Shown here: positions 27,977 through 37,705 of the stretch, piece after piece
Numbering within the stretch: the stretch's first letter is position 1
Layout: each line of letters starts with the position of its first letter
Assembly: GCA_900757795.1 (NCBI GenBank)
Contig: CAAEPE010000045.1
Span: forward strand, 33,062 to 97,061
DNA length: 64,000 bases
DNA from: an uncultured Phascolarctobacterium sp.
GTDB lineage: Bacteria; Bacillota; Negativicutes; Acidaminococcales; Acidaminococcaceae
Direction: 5' to 3'
The notes under the pieces: generated by a model
The model's database searches: none
The model's input: the letters and a program-made list of their open reading frames with translations, nothing else
What the model was told of the DNA's origin: nothing
Program-made: the position numbers and the translations under genes

Positions 27977-28636
27977 TTATAATATGCGGCAAGCACCGTA
28001 ATAACGGGCGCCCCAATATCCGGTAAAGGCAGAAGACACTGTTACACCTGTACTGCAACCGGCATGGATAAAGTTACCGTTGCCAACATAAATTCCTACA
28101 TGGGAGGCGCCTGGCTCGTAAGTAGTATAAAAAATCAAATCTCCGGCACGAAGCTGGCTCATGGAAACGCGTTTACCATAATAAAACTGTTCGTCAGCCA
28201 TACGGGGCAAATGAACACCTGCACGGGCAAAAGCATATTGAGTAAAGCCTGAGCAGTCAAAGCCATAAGGAGAAGTGCCGCCAAATACATAAGGCGTACC
28301 GACAACACTGTATGCTGCACGCAAAATATTTCTTACTACGTTTTGGCTGCGGTTAGGAGGCATTTCTTTATTCATCAATGCTTTATAAGTAGCAGAACCT
28401 ACTATACCATCTACTTCAAGACCTTGCGCTGATTGAAACGCTTTGATAGCCTTTTCGGTTGCTGGACCAAATTCACCATCTATAGTACCAATTGAATAAT
28501 TTAATTCAACTAAACGCTTTTGAATTGCTAATACTTCTTCGCCATCATCACCGCGTTGAAAGGAAGCAAAAGCACTAACTGAACCCATTAATGTAAAGAG
28601 AACAGTTAAGCATAGTGTTATCACTTTCTTCTTCAT
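27977..28636 (-). CDS. NlpC/P60 (C40) cell-wall peptidase with an N-terminal peptidoglycan-binding domain and signal peptide
   Basis: Signal peptide, PG_binding_1-like repeat (GDDGEEVLAIQKRL...DGEFGPATEKAIKAFQ), catalytic Cys (DCSGF) and His (ASHVGIY). The likely start is MKKKV at 28636. Confidence 0.8.
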   Translation of the reverse strand: MKKKVITLCLTVLFTLMGSVSAFASFQRGDDGEEVLAIQKRLVELNYSIGTIDGEFGPATEKAIKAFQSAQGLEVDGIVGSATYKALMNKEMPPNRSQNVVRNILRAAYSVVGTPYVFGGTSPYGFDCSGFTQYAFARAGVHLPRMADEQFYYGKRVSMSQLRAGDLIFYTTYEPGASHVGIYVGNGNFIHAGCSTGVTVSSAFTGYWGARYYGACRIL

Positions 28637-28717
28637 CAACCGCGTACACATCCCTTCATATTATAATACACATATATTATAACACAAACCGCAGTGAATG
28701 TAAAATTCAATTTGCAA

Positions 28718-29671
28718 TTATTTCCCGCTTTTTGCGCTTTCATCTGCCGATTTTATATGCCGGGCTACTAAATATAGCGGTCTATGCTTAATTTCTTCAA
28801 AAATACGTCCAATATATTCACCTAAAATACCAATACCTACAAGCTCGATACCGCCAAGAAACAGCACGCTGACAGTGGTTGTTGCCCAACCTGGCACAGC
28901 GTCGTTGCTAATATATTTTACATAGAATACATGTACCAAAAGTAAAATGCTGGTAATACCAAATATTAAACCAACATAAAATGCCCAGCGCAGCGGCAGA
29001 TTAGAAAAAGCAGTAATGCCGTCTAAAGCAAAATGCAGCATTTTGTGCATACTAAATTTAGAGTGACCGGCAAATCGAGGTGGAGCAACAAATTCCAATA
29101 CCTTGACATTAAAGCCCAAAGTATTAACCAAGCCACGAATAAAACGCGCACGCTCACGATATTGCTTAAAAGCATCTACAGCTACTCTATCCATTAAGCG
29201 AAAATCACTGCCGCCGGGAGTGATTTCTACATTAGAAAGTATATTGATGAGCTTATAATAAACATCAGAGGTTATTTTTTTGAAAAAAGTAGCATCCTCA
29301 GTGTCCATACGTTTAGTTTGAACTATTTCACTTCCTTGCTCCCAAAAACGCAGCATTTGTGGCAGCAGCTCCGGCGGGTGCTGTAAATCGCCATCCATTG
29401 TAATAACTGCGTCACCATCGGCATTATCTAAGCCGCAGGTCAAAGCCATTTGGTGGCCATAGTTGCGGCTGAGTAAATAGGCTTCTACATGACTATCCGC
29501 TTTTGAGAGCTCGTTTAAAATGTTCCTACTGCCATCTTTAGAGCCGTCATCAATGAAAATTATATTGTAATCATAAGGCTCGGCTTGCATGATAGCAGTA
29601 GCTCGTTTATAAAATTCGTGTAAATTATCTTCCTCGTTAAAAACAGGAACAACTAAGGAGATTTTTTTCAT
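28718..29671 (-). CDS. Polyprenyl-phosphate family-2 glycosyltransferase (GtrB/ArnC/DPM1-like)
   Basis: N-terminal GT-A domain (LVVPVFNEEDNL, IFIDDGSKDGS, DGDLQHPP) followed by two C-terminal TM helices. The likely start is ATG 29671 (MKKISL). Confidence 0.8.
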   Translation of the reverse strand: MKKISLVVPVFNEEDNLHEFYKRATAIMQAEPYDYNIIFIDDGSKDGSRNILNELSKADSHVEAYLLSRNYGHQMALTCGLDNADGDAVITMDGDLQHPPELLPQMLRFWEQGSEIVQTKRMDTEDATFFKKITSDVYYKLINILSNVEITPGGSDFRLMDRVAVDAFKQYRERARFIRGLVNTLGFNVKVLEFVAPPRFAGHSKFSMHKMLHFALDGITAFSNLPLRWAFYVGLIFGITSILLLVHVFYVKYISNDAVPGWATTTVSVLFLGGIELVGIGILGEYIGRIFEEIKHRPLYLVARHIKSADESAKSGK

Positions 29672-29699
29672 ATACATCAACACCGTCTTTTCTAACCTA

Positions 29700-29724
29700 A
29701 GAAAAAGGCTGCCATAAAGGCAGC
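29700..29724 (-). terminator. Intrinsic terminator of rnpB
   Basis: On the minus strand: GGCTGCC-TTTAT-GGCAGCC followed by TTTTTCTTAGG. Confidence 0.6.
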
Positions 29725-29729
29725 CGTTG

Positions 29730-30087
29730 ATTTCAGTCGAGTACTCAATAAGCCGAGTTCTGTTCCGCAAAGCGGTGACAACCATTTATCTAGGCTTACA
29801 GTTACCTGTAAGCTCAAGCGACACAACCCGGAAGGCTCAGCGGGCCGCTTCATCCCTTCCCTATTTGGTCTTGCTCCGGATGGGGTTTACCTAGCCAGCC
29901 TGTTACCAAACTGCTGGTGCGCTCTTACCGCACCGTTCCACCCTTACCTGCCTAAGCAGGCGGTACTCATTTCTGTGGCACTATCCCTAAGATCACTCTC
30001 GCCGGACGTTATCCGGCATCCTGCCCTATGGAGCTCGGACTTTCCTCATCTGGCTTAAAGCCAGCCGCGGTCATCTTTCGTACTCAA
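29730..30087 (-). ncRNA. rnpB: RNase P RNA, type A (bacterial rnpB)
   Basis: The reverse complement contains the universal blocks GAGGAAAGTCCGAGCTCCATAGGGCAGG..., GTGCCACAGAAA, GGTAAGGGTGGAACGGTGCGGTAAGAGCGCACC, GGTAACAG, GGTAAACCCCATCCGGAGCAAGACCAAATAGGG, CTTGAGC and CCTAGATAAATGGTTGTCAC...GAACAGAACTCGGCTTA. GC-rich with no ORF. Ends estimated from the promoter and terminator. Confidence 0.9.
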
Positions 30088-30093
30088 TAAATA

Positions 30094-30122
30094 ATTTTAT
30101 CACAGAAAATTTTCTGCGTCAA
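30094..30122 (-). promoter_or_regulatory. Promoter of rnpB
   Basis: On the minus strand: TTGACG, 17-nt spacer, TAAAAT, then about 7 nt to the predicted RNA 5' end (GAGTAC...). Confidence 0.55.
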
Positions 30123-30169
30123 TAACTTAACCTTGGAATTAAGTTTACCAACAGATAATGAAATCCAGC

Positions 30170-30210
30170 TTAAAAAGTAAAGAGCCTGCTACACTAAGTA
30201 ACAGGCTCTG
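30170..30210 (-). terminator. Terminator after the EF-G paralog
   Basis: Stem AGAGCCTG/CAGGCTCT followed on the minus strand by TTACTTTTT. Confidence 0.5.
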
Positions 30211-30224
30211 TTTAGTATTATTGA

Positions 30225-32285
30225 TTATGCTTGCTTGCGTTCTGCGATAATTTTTTCAGCCATTTTTGCGGGAACATCTTCATAATGGTCAAATTTCATT
30301 TCAAAGGAACCTTGACCTTGAGTAATAGCGCGCAAATCAACTGCATATTCGGTAATTTCTGCATAAGGAACTTGAGCAGTTACAACACTCATGCCCTCTT
30401 CAACACTCTGCATACCTAAGATACGACCGCGTTTTTGATTCAAATCGCCAATAACGTCGCCCATCATGGAATCTGAGCAGGTTACATTTAAGGTATAGAT
30501 AGGCTCGAGGAGAACCGGCTTGCATTGCTCCATAGCTTTTTTGAAAGCAATATTGGAAGCAGTTTTGAAAGCCATTTCAGAAGAGTCTACCGGATGATAA
30601 GAACCGTCCAGCAAGGTAATACGCATATCTACTACAGGATAACCAGCCAAAATACCTTTTTCCATAGATTCGCGCATACCTTTTTCAACAGCAGGAATGT
30701 ACTGGCGAGGAACTGCACCACCGAAAATCTTATCAACAAATTCAAAACCACCGCCAGGAGTCATAGGCTCCATTTTGATTACAACATGACCGTATTGACC
30801 ATGACCGCCGGATTGTTTTTTATGTTTGCCTTCAACCTCAGCAGTTCCGCGAATGGTTTCACGATATTCGATAATCGGAGCTTTGAGCTGAGCTTCAACA
30901 CCAAACTTACGCTGCATGCGTTCCATAATGATTTCGATATGCTGGTCGCCCATGCCGCTAATTAAGGTTTCTTTAGTAACGGGATTCTTGGTTACGATAA
31001 TAGTAGGATCTTCATCCATCAGACGGGTCAAAGCAGACATAATCTTGTCCTCGTCGCCTTTTTTCTTAGGATAGATAGCTCTAGTGTACATAGGCAACGG
31101 GAATTGAATGGTCGGGAATTCGACTTCAGAGTTTTTGTCGCACAAAGTATCGCCGGTAGAAGTGTATTGCAGCTTAGCAACAACGCCAATATCGCCTGCT
31201 ACCACTTCTTTCATAGAAATTTGCGTTTTACCGCGCATAGTAAACACATTGCCAATGCGTTCTTCTTGTTCACGTCTAGAGTTATAAACCATGCTGTCAG
31301 CTTTAATGGAGCCGGAGAAAACACGGAAGAAGCTTAAACGGCCTACGAACGGATCAGAAGTTGTCTTAAATACTAAAGCTGCCATAGGAGCGTTGGCGTC
31401 GCGAATTTCTTCTTCACCGGTTTGTTTATCCATAACAACAAAGTCGTTCAAAATTGCCGGATAGGTAAAGTCAATAATAGCATTCATTAAACGACCCAAG
31501 CCAATGTTTTTATATGCGCTGCCGCAAAGCATAGGATAAATGATAGCTTGACGAATACCTTTAATCAAGCATTTCATGATATCTTCATTGCTGATGGTTT
31601 CGCCTTCAAGATAACGCATCATGCATTCATCATCAGCTTCAACTGCTGCCTCTACCATTTTTTCATGTGCTTCTTCAGCAGCTTGTCTAAATTCTTCAGG
31701 AATTTCGATTTCATCAGAACCGTTGCCGTTAGCACGGTATGCTTTCATTTTGTACAAATCGATAATGCCTTCAAATTTATCTTCTTTACCTAAAGGTAAT
31801 TGCAAAGGCAGAACGTGCTTACCAAATTTACCGCGCAGATTATCAAGAATACTGTCGAAATCAGCATTTTCACGATCCATTTTATTTACGAAAATAATAC
31901 GCGGCAAGCCAGCTTCTTCCGCTAATTTCCAGCATTGCTCAGTACCAACCTGTACGCCGCTGGTAGCACAAACAACGATCAAGGCGCTGTCCACTGCTCT
32001 GAATGCACCTTTAACCTCTGCTACGAAATCAGCAAAGCCGGGAGTATCAATAAAGTTGATTTTGGAATCACGCCACTCAACAGGAGCTAAGGTAGCGTTT
32101 ACAGAAACTTTACGTTTAATTTCTTCGGGTTCGTAGTCAGTGGTGGTAGCACCGTCTTCTACCTTGCACATTCTTGTAATAGCACCGCTGCGATACAACA
32201 GAGCTTCGGTAACAGACGTGGTTCCTGCTCCACCATGACCCACAATGGCCACGTTTCTAATTTTATCGCCAGTATACTCTTTCAT
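30225..32285 (-). CDS. Elongation factor G paralog (EF-G-like, five-domain) with degenerate G1 and switch II motifs
   Basis: 686 aa, collinear with EF-G (G domain, II, III, IV, V). The P-loop reads GHGGAGTTS (Lys replaced by Thr) and switch II reads DTPGFADF (catalytic His replaced by Phe). NKMD is intact. Confidence 0.8.
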   Translation of the reverse strand: MKEYTGDKIRNVAIVGHGGAGTTSVTEALLYRSGAITRMCKVEDGATTTDYEPEEIKRKVSVNATLAPVEWRDSKINFIDTPGFADFVAEVKGAFRAVDSALIVVCATSGVQVGTEQCWKLAEEAGLPRIIFVNKMDRENADFDSILDNLRGKFGKHVLPLQLPLGKEDKFEGIIDLYKMKAYRANGNGSDEIEIPEEFRQAAEEAHEKMVEAAVEADDECMMRYLEGETISNEDIMKCLIKGIRQAIIYPMLCGSAYKNIGLGRLMNAIIDFTYPAILNDFVVMDKQTGEEEIRDANAPMAALVFKTTSDPFVGRLSFFRVFSGSIKADSMVYNSRREQEERIGNVFTMRGKTQISMKEVVAGDIGVVAKLQYTSTGDTLCDKNSEVEFPTIQFPLPMYTRAIYPKKKGDEDKIMSALTRLMDEDPTIIVTKNPVTKETLISGMGDQHIEIIMERMQRKFGVEAQLKAPIIEYRETIRGTAEVEGKHKKQSGGHGQYGHVVIKMEPMTPGGGFEFVDKIFGGAVPRQYIPAVEKGMRESMEKGILAGYPVVDMRITLLDGSYHPVDSSEMAFKTASNIAFKKAMEQCKPVLLEPIYTLNVTCSDSMMGDVIGDLNQKRGRILGMQSVEEGMSVVTAQVPYAEITEYAVDLRAITQGQGSFEMKFDHYEDVPAKMAEKIIAERKQA

Positions 32286-32462
32286 AATAAGTCCTCCTTT
32301 ATTACAGGCAAATTTTAATATACATTTTCGCTAAATTTACGGATTATTCCTGCCAAGCAGACTTTTTTTTGCTTATATTTTTCCAACGAAGATAAAAATG
32401 TAAAGTAATTAACAGTTTTGCTTGTGTACTTTATAAGTTTAATTAAGCGTATGATTATTTTA

Positions 32463-33104
32463 CTAATGCTTTTGATGCTGCTTGTATATTTTGGTAAATT
32501 TTTCGGTTGTAGCTTTAATATTGTTAGTCCCTAAAATGCCGCTGATAATGGCGGCACCATCAGCGCCCGTTTTCAAAATCTGGCTGTAATTTTCTGCGTT
32601 TACACCGCCAATTCCTACTATGGGCAGCTTTATGGCACAGCGAATTTTACGTAAGTTTTCTAATCCCAAGGTAGAAGCATCTTTTTTAGTGGCAGTACCA
32701 AAAACGGCACCGCAGCCTAAATAATCTGCACCGGCAGCTACTGATTGTAATGCTTCTTCTACATTATGTGCGGAAACACCGATAATAAAATCTTTGCTAA
32801 CTATTTTTCTAACTGCTGCACAAGGCAAATCACTCTGTCCTATGTGAACGCCTGCCGCGCCTACGGCTAGCGCTAAATCTACTCTGTCATTAATAATCAG
32901 TGGTACAGAATATTTATCGCATAATTTTTTTAGCTTTATAGCCTCTTCATACATAGAACCACTGTCTTTATGCTTAGAGCGATATTGTACTAGCGTTACT
33001 CCGCCTTGCAAAGCTTCTTCCACGCATTGCAGCAATGGTCGACCTTGCAAGCAAGCATCATCGGTAACCAAATATATGCTATAATTAATTTGTGGCTTAC
33101 TCAT
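32463..33104 (-). CDS. thiE: Thiamine-phosphate synthase
   Basis: ThiE TIM-barrel motifs (YLVTD, LVQYRSK, IGIGGV). Confidence 0.85.
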   Translation of the reverse strand: MSKPQINYSIYLVTDDACLQGRPLLQCVEEALQGGVTLVQYRSKHKDSGSMYEEAIKLKKLCDKYSVPLIINDRVDLALAVGAAGVHIGQSDLPCAAVRKIVSKDFIIGVSAHNVEEALQSVAAGADYLGCGAVFGTATKKDASTLGLENLRKIRCAIKLPIVGIGGVNAENYSQILKTGADGAAIISGILGTNNIKATTEKFTKIYKQHQKH

Positions 33105-33928
33105 GATACTTTTTCTTCCGGTTTAAGATTGACTAGATTCCATTTAGTGGTTACATGATAAACGCAGTCGATAAGGCGCACCTTGAACATACCGGGACCG
33201 TCTTTTTTTTCTAAAAAGTTGGCAGCCAGCTCAGCGCTTTGTCCCATAATAACTACGCCTAAAGCAGCGGCAACCAGCATATCCTTAGTTACAGCTGCAC
33301 AGCAGCCTACAAGAGTTGTTGTCATGCAGCCGCTGCCAGTAATATCCTGCAAAAGTGGATGACCGTTATTTAAAACTACAGCCTGCTTGCCGTTGGAAAT
33401 ATTATCAATAGCGCCTGTAACGGCAAAGACGCAGTTAAATTTTGCGGCCGCATCCTTGGCAACTTTCAAAGCCACACCTTCCTCGGTTTCTCCTTCAATA
33501 TTGTCAACACCTTGACCGCTGGCAGTACCGTTTAATAGTGCGCTGCATTCACTGCAATTACCGCGAACAATATCAATACAGCTGTTATTTAACAGCTTTA
33601 ATGCAAAATTAAGGCGAAATTTAGAGGCCATAACGCCTACCGGGTCTAAAATTATAGGAATGCCCTTTGCTTTAGCGGCAGCCACAGAGCGCTCCATAGC
33701 AATCTGTTTATTAAAATTTAGCGTGCCGAGATTTAATATTAAAGCGTTGGCGCCAGCAGTAATTTCTGCTGCTTCCTCTGGCTCGTCTGCCATAATCGGA
33801 GAAGCTCCAGCAGCTAAAGCAACATCAGCACAGCTTTCTGCTGTTACATAATTGGTAATCTCATGGACAATCGGTCTTTGCTTACGCAGCTTATCAACAA
33901 GCTCGCCAAAAGTATTCGTCAAATCCAT
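33101..33928 (-). CDS. thiM: Hydroxyethylthiazole kinase
   Basis: ThiM family (HEITNYVTAESCADVALAAGASPIMAD, CVFAVTGAIDNISNG, GSGCM). Overlaps thiE by 4 nt. Confidence 0.85.
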   Translation of the reverse strand: MDLTNTFGELVDKLRKQRPIVHEITNYVTAESCADVALAAGASPIMADEPEEAAEITAGANALILNLGTLNFNKQIAMERSVAAAKAKGIPIILDPVGVMASKFRLNFALKLLNNSCIDIVRGNCSECSALLNGTASGQGVDNIEGETEEGVALKVAKDAAAKFNCVFAVTGAIDNISNGKQAVVLNNGHPLLQDITGSGCMTTTLVGCCAAVTKDMLVAAALGVVIMGQSAELAANFLEKKDGPGMFKVRLIDCVYHVTTKWNLVNLKPEEKVS

Positions 33929-34734
33929 TATTCTAAAATCCCTGCCTTTCTGTAAAGGTCAACAAAATGATGCGTGGGTCCGCAGCCGCTGCCTAAGGGA
34001 ATACCATGAGCAATAGCTTCGGTGACATAAGCCTTGGAAGCTTTGACTGCCTCCTCTAAGCTCATTCCCTTTGCTAAATTAGCCGCTAAACTGCTTGATA
34101 AGGTACAGCCTGTACCGTGCGTATTTTTAGTAGCAATACGTTGGCCCGCAAACCAAATTTCCTCATGTCCGTCAAAAAGTAAATCATCAGCAGTATCGTT
34201 TAAATGCCCGCCTTTAACAAGCACTGCCTTGGCTCCTAGAGAAATAATTTTTTCTGCCACTGGACGCATAGCTGCTTTAGTGCTTACTTGCACACCGCTG
34301 ATAGCTTCCGCTTCAGGCAGATTAGGTGTTACTAAGGTGGCCAGCGGCAAAAGCTCCTTAATCAAGGTTGCGCAAGCCTCCGGAGCCAGCAACGGATAGC
34401 CGCTTTTGGAAATCATCACAGGATCTAGTACAATAATTGGCGGCTGGTATTTGCGTAAGCTTTTGGCAATAGCTTCAATAGTTTCCGGTCGCGAAAGCAT
34501 ACCTATTTTTACTGCATCTACGCGGATATCGTCAAAAACTGCTGCAATCTGCGCTTCTACGACATCCGGCGCAATATCCTGCACCTTGGTAACGCCGCAG
34601 GTGTTCTGTGCGGTAACTGCCGTAATGACGCTCATGCCAAATGTTCCATGCGCGGCAAAGGTTTTTAAGTCAGCCTGAATACCTGCGCCGCCGCTGGAAT
34701 CGCTGCCGGCAATGGTTAATAAATGTTTAAGCAT
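33928..34734 (-). CDS. thiD: Hydroxymethylpyrimidine/phosphomethylpyrimidine kinase
   Basis: LTIAGSDSSGGAGIQADLKT ribokinase-family N-terminus and VKGGH motif. The likely start is M15 of the ORF (34734). Confidence 0.85.
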   Translation of the reverse strand: MLKHLLTIAGSDSSGGAGIQADLKTFAAHGTFGMSVITAVTAQNTCGVTKVQDIAPDVVEAQIAAVFDDIRVDAVKIGMLSRPETIEAIAKSLRKYQPPIIVLDPVMISKSGYPLLAPEACATLIKELLPLATLVTPNLPEAEAISGVQVSTKAAMRPVAEKIISLGAKAVLVKGGHLNDTADDLLFDGHEEIWFAGQRIATKNTHGTGCTLSSSLAANLAKGMSLEEAVKASKAYVTEAIAHGIPLGSGCGPTHHFVDLYRKAGILE

Positions 34735-34804
34735 GGAAAATCCTCTTTTCAGCAAAAGACCGAGGACGCGCTGCATCCCCGGCCTATAAAAATTATTTTT
34801 AAGA

Positions 34805-36787
34805 TTAGAGTGCTGCTTTTACTTTAGCAACAAGATTTTCTACAGTAAAGCCGTATTTTTCCATCATTACGCCGCCGGGAGCAGAAGCGCCGAAGGTAGT
34901 AATACCGAGCACATTCTTTTCGCTGCCGGTATAACGGCTCCAGCCGTAAGGAACGCCTGCTTCAACGGCAAATTTGACAACACCTGCGGGTAATACGCTT
35001 TCCTTATATTCCTCGCTTTGAGCGTCAAACAAATCCCAGCTGGGCATGGAAACTACGCTGGCAGCAATGCCCTCTTCTGCCAATTTAGTTTGCGCCTTCA
35101 ATGCAAGTTCTACCTCACTGCCGGTACCAATGAGGATAACCTTAGCAGCTTCTTTAGCAGGACTTAAAACATAAGCGCCTTTAGCTGCGTTTGCATGAAT
35201 AACAGCAGCATATTCGTGCATTACAGGCAAGTTTTGACGGCTTAACAGGAGGCAGGTCGGTTTTGTTTTGTTCAAAACAGCCTGCTGCCATGCAACGGCG
35301 GTTTCCAAAGCGTCTGCCGGACGAATTACGCTGACATTGGGAATCAAGCGCAGACCCATGGTTGTTTCAATAGGCTGATGTGTCGGGCCATCTTCGCCTA
35401 AAGCAATAGAATCATGAGTAAGTACAAATATAGATTGAATCCCCATAAGCGCAGCCATACGAATAGTTGGACGCAGGAAGTCTGCAAATACTAAGAAAGT
35501 ACCGCCAAAGGGAATAAAGCCGCCATGAAGAGAAATACCATTTAAAACAGTACCCATAGCATGTTCGCGCACGCCAAAGTGAAGATTACGTCCTTTGTGA
35601 TCAAGCTTGGAGAAGTAACCGCCATTTTTAATGACCGTTTTATTAGAGGGACCAAGGTCAGCGCTGCCGCCTACTAATGCAGGAAGCTGCTCCGCCAGCT
35701 TTTGAATTACATCGCCGGAGGAAGCGCGGGTTGCGCTTTTAGCAGTATCTTTGAAAATTGCTTCCAAAGCTTCCAAATCAACGTTAACTTCACCTGCAAT
35801 GCGGGCTGCTAATTCTTTTGCCAATTCCGGATAGCAAACTGCATAATCCTTCATGAGGGTATCCCAATCAGTTTCTGCTTTAGCACAAGCAGACAGCTTA
35901 GCTGTAAAATGCTCTTTAACTTCTGCGGGAACGTAGAACATTTCCTGCGTCCAGCCAGCTTTTTCTTTTGTAGCAGCCAAAGCGTCTGCGCCCAAAGGTT
36001 CGCCATGGCAGGACGGACTGTCTTGTTTAGGACTGCCAAAACCAATGTGGGTGCGGACAATAATCAAGGACGGATGAGTAGTATCAGATTTAGCTTCTGC
36101 GATTGCAGCAGTCATAGCTTCAATATCTTCAGAATCTGCTACGCGCAGCACTTGCCAGCCGTAGGCTTTAAAACGAGCTTCTACATCCTCGGTGAATGCA
36201 ATGGAGGTATCGCCTTCAATAGTAATTTTATTATCGTCATAGAGATAAATAAGTTTGCCCAAGCCTAAGGTTCCGGCTAAAGAAGCAGCCTCACAAGAAA
36301 CGCCTTCCATTAAATCGCCATCAGATGTCAAACCGTATGTATAATGGTCTACAACAGGAAAATCTGGCTTATTGTATTGTCCTGCCAGCATTGCTTCTGC
36401 AATAGCAAAACCAACGCCCATAGCAAAACCGTGACCTAAGGGACCAGTAGAAACGTCAACACCGGGAGTTAAGCCATATTCAGGATGTCCGGGTGTTTTG
36501 CTGCCCCATTGGCGGAAATTTTTTAATTCCTCCAAAGACAGATCATAGCCTGCTAAATGCAGCATAGCATACAGCAGTGCGCTGCCGTGACCAGGAGAAA
36601 GAATAAAACGGTCGCGGTTAAACCAATTAGGATTAGCAGGATTGTAGTTCATATAACGATCCCAAACAGTATACATTAAAGGAGCAGTACCCAAAGGAAA
36701 ACCGGGATGGCCGGATTTAGCCTTCTCTACTTGGTCTGCTGCCAAAAAACGCAGAGTATTTACACAAGCTTGATCAATCTTTTGCAT
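34805..36787 (-). CDS. tkt: Transketolase
   Basis: TPP-binding GHPG near the N-terminus, GDGDLMEG, the pyrimidine-binding domain and a C-terminal domain. The likely start is MQKID (36787). Confidence 0.9.
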   Translation of the reverse strand: MQKIDQACVNTLRFLAADQVEKAKSGHPGFPLGTAPLMYTVWDRYMNYNPANPNWFNRDRFILSPGHGSALLYAMLHLAGYDLSLEELKNFRQWGSKTPGHPEYGLTPGVDVSTGPLGHGFAMGVGFAIAEAMLAGQYNKPDFPVVDHYTYGLTSDGDLMEGVSCEAASLAGTLGLGKLIYLYDDNKITIEGDTSIAFTEDVEARFKAYGWQVLRVADSEDIEAMTAAIAEAKSDTTHPSLIIVRTHIGFGSPKQDSPSCHGEPLGADALAATKEKAGWTQEMFYVPAEVKEHFTAKLSACAKAETDWDTLMKDYAVCYPELAKELAARIAGEVNVDLEALEAIFKDTAKSATRASSGDVIQKLAEQLPALVGGSADLGPSNKTVIKNGGYFSKLDHKGRNLHFGVREHAMGTVLNGISLHGGFIPFGGTFLVFADFLRPTIRMAALMGIQSIFVLTHDSIALGEDGPTHQPIETTMGLRLIPNVSVIRPADALETAVAWQQAVLNKTKPTCLLLSRQNLPVMHEYAAVIHANAAKGAYVLSPAKEAAKVILIGTGSEVELALKAQTKLAEEGIAASVVSMPSWDLFDAQSEEYKESVLPAGVVKFAVEAGVPYGWSRYTGSEKNVLGITTFGASAPGGVMMEKYGFTVENLVAKVKAAL

Positions 36788-36873
36788 CGAAACAACCTCC
36801 ATTTACATAAAATGTCTACAGTTATTATATCATGTTTTAATTTCTTGTACAAAGTTTTCTTTTGAGATTATAC

Positions 36874-36912
36874 AGAAAAACCGGAGACTGGTAAGTCTCC
36901 GGCAAAATTTTT
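36874..36912. terminator. Bidirectional terminator between codY and tkt
   Basis: Stem CCGGAGACT/AGTCTCCGG with T-runs on both strands. Confidence 0.55.
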
Positions 36913-37684
36913 AATATTTTCTTTTCTTTAATTCTTCAAAAAGCAGCTCGTTGCGTACACGAATATACGTGCCTTTCATACCCAAGGATTTAGTTTCAAT
37001 CAGTCCGGCGCTTTCAAATTTACGCAAAGCATTAACGATAACAGAACGAGTAATGCCTACGCGGTCAGCAATTTTAGAAGCAACCAGCAGACCTTCGCGA
37101 CCATTAAGCTCGCCTAAAATATTGCTGATAGCTTCCATTTCAGAATATGATAAAGTATCGAAAGCAATTTGAATCATTGCTCTTTTGCGTATTTCGTCAG
37201 CTACCTGCGCTTCTCTGTCGTGTAAAATTTCTACACCTAAAACAGTAGCGGTATACTCTGCCAGCAGCAAATCCTCATCATCAAATTTAGCGTCGTATTT
37301 AGCAACAATCAAAGTGCCAATACGCTCTGCCTTGCCATAAATAGGTACGACGGTTGTCATTTTATCTTTAAAAATACATTTAGTATTGGCAACGAAAGAA
37401 CAGTTTTGGTTTTCGTGCGGAATATTAGCAAAGGTGTCTCTTACACCCATAATAAATCTCAAATAATCTTCGGGAAAGGAGTTATTATTCAAAACCTGTT
37501 CCCGCATAATATCACATTCAAATTCATGGATTAAAGCATAGCCTTTAACCTCACCGTCAGCACCGACAATATATGTATTAGCTTTAATAATATTGCACAA
37601 TAATTGAGCAATAGCGTTATACTCTACTCTGTCGCCATTTTGCAGCAATCTATTTATTTTTCTTGTTTTCTCTAATAATTCCAT
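36911..37684 (-). CDS. codY: GTP/BCAA-sensing global regulator CodY
   Basis: GAF-like N-terminal domain and C-terminal wHTH (ASKIADRVGITRSVIVNALRKFESAGLIE), a near-canonical CodY sequence. Confidence 0.9.
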   Translation of the reverse strand: MELLEKTRKINRLLQNGDRVEYNAIAQLLCNIIKANTYIVGADGEVKGYALIHEFECDIMREQVLNNNSFPEDYLRFIMGVRDTFANIPHENQNCSFVANTKCIFKDKMTTVVPIYGKAERIGTLIVAKYDAKFDDEDLLLAEYTATVLGVEILHDREAQVADEIRKRAMIQIAFDTLSYSEMEAISNILGELNGREGLLVASKIADRVGITRSVIVNALRKFESAGLIETKSLGMKGTYIRVRNELLFEELKKRKY

Positions 37685-37705
37685 AATAGCCTCCTAAAAA
37701 TATAT

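Noticed and set aside
34735-34804. Possible TPP riboswitch between tkt and thiD
   Set aside because: Only 70 nt separate the genes and none of the THI-box conserved segments (for example CTGAGA...ACCTGATCTGGATAATGCCAGCG) is present. thiD-thiM-thiE are probably co-transcribed with tkt or read from a weak internal promoter.
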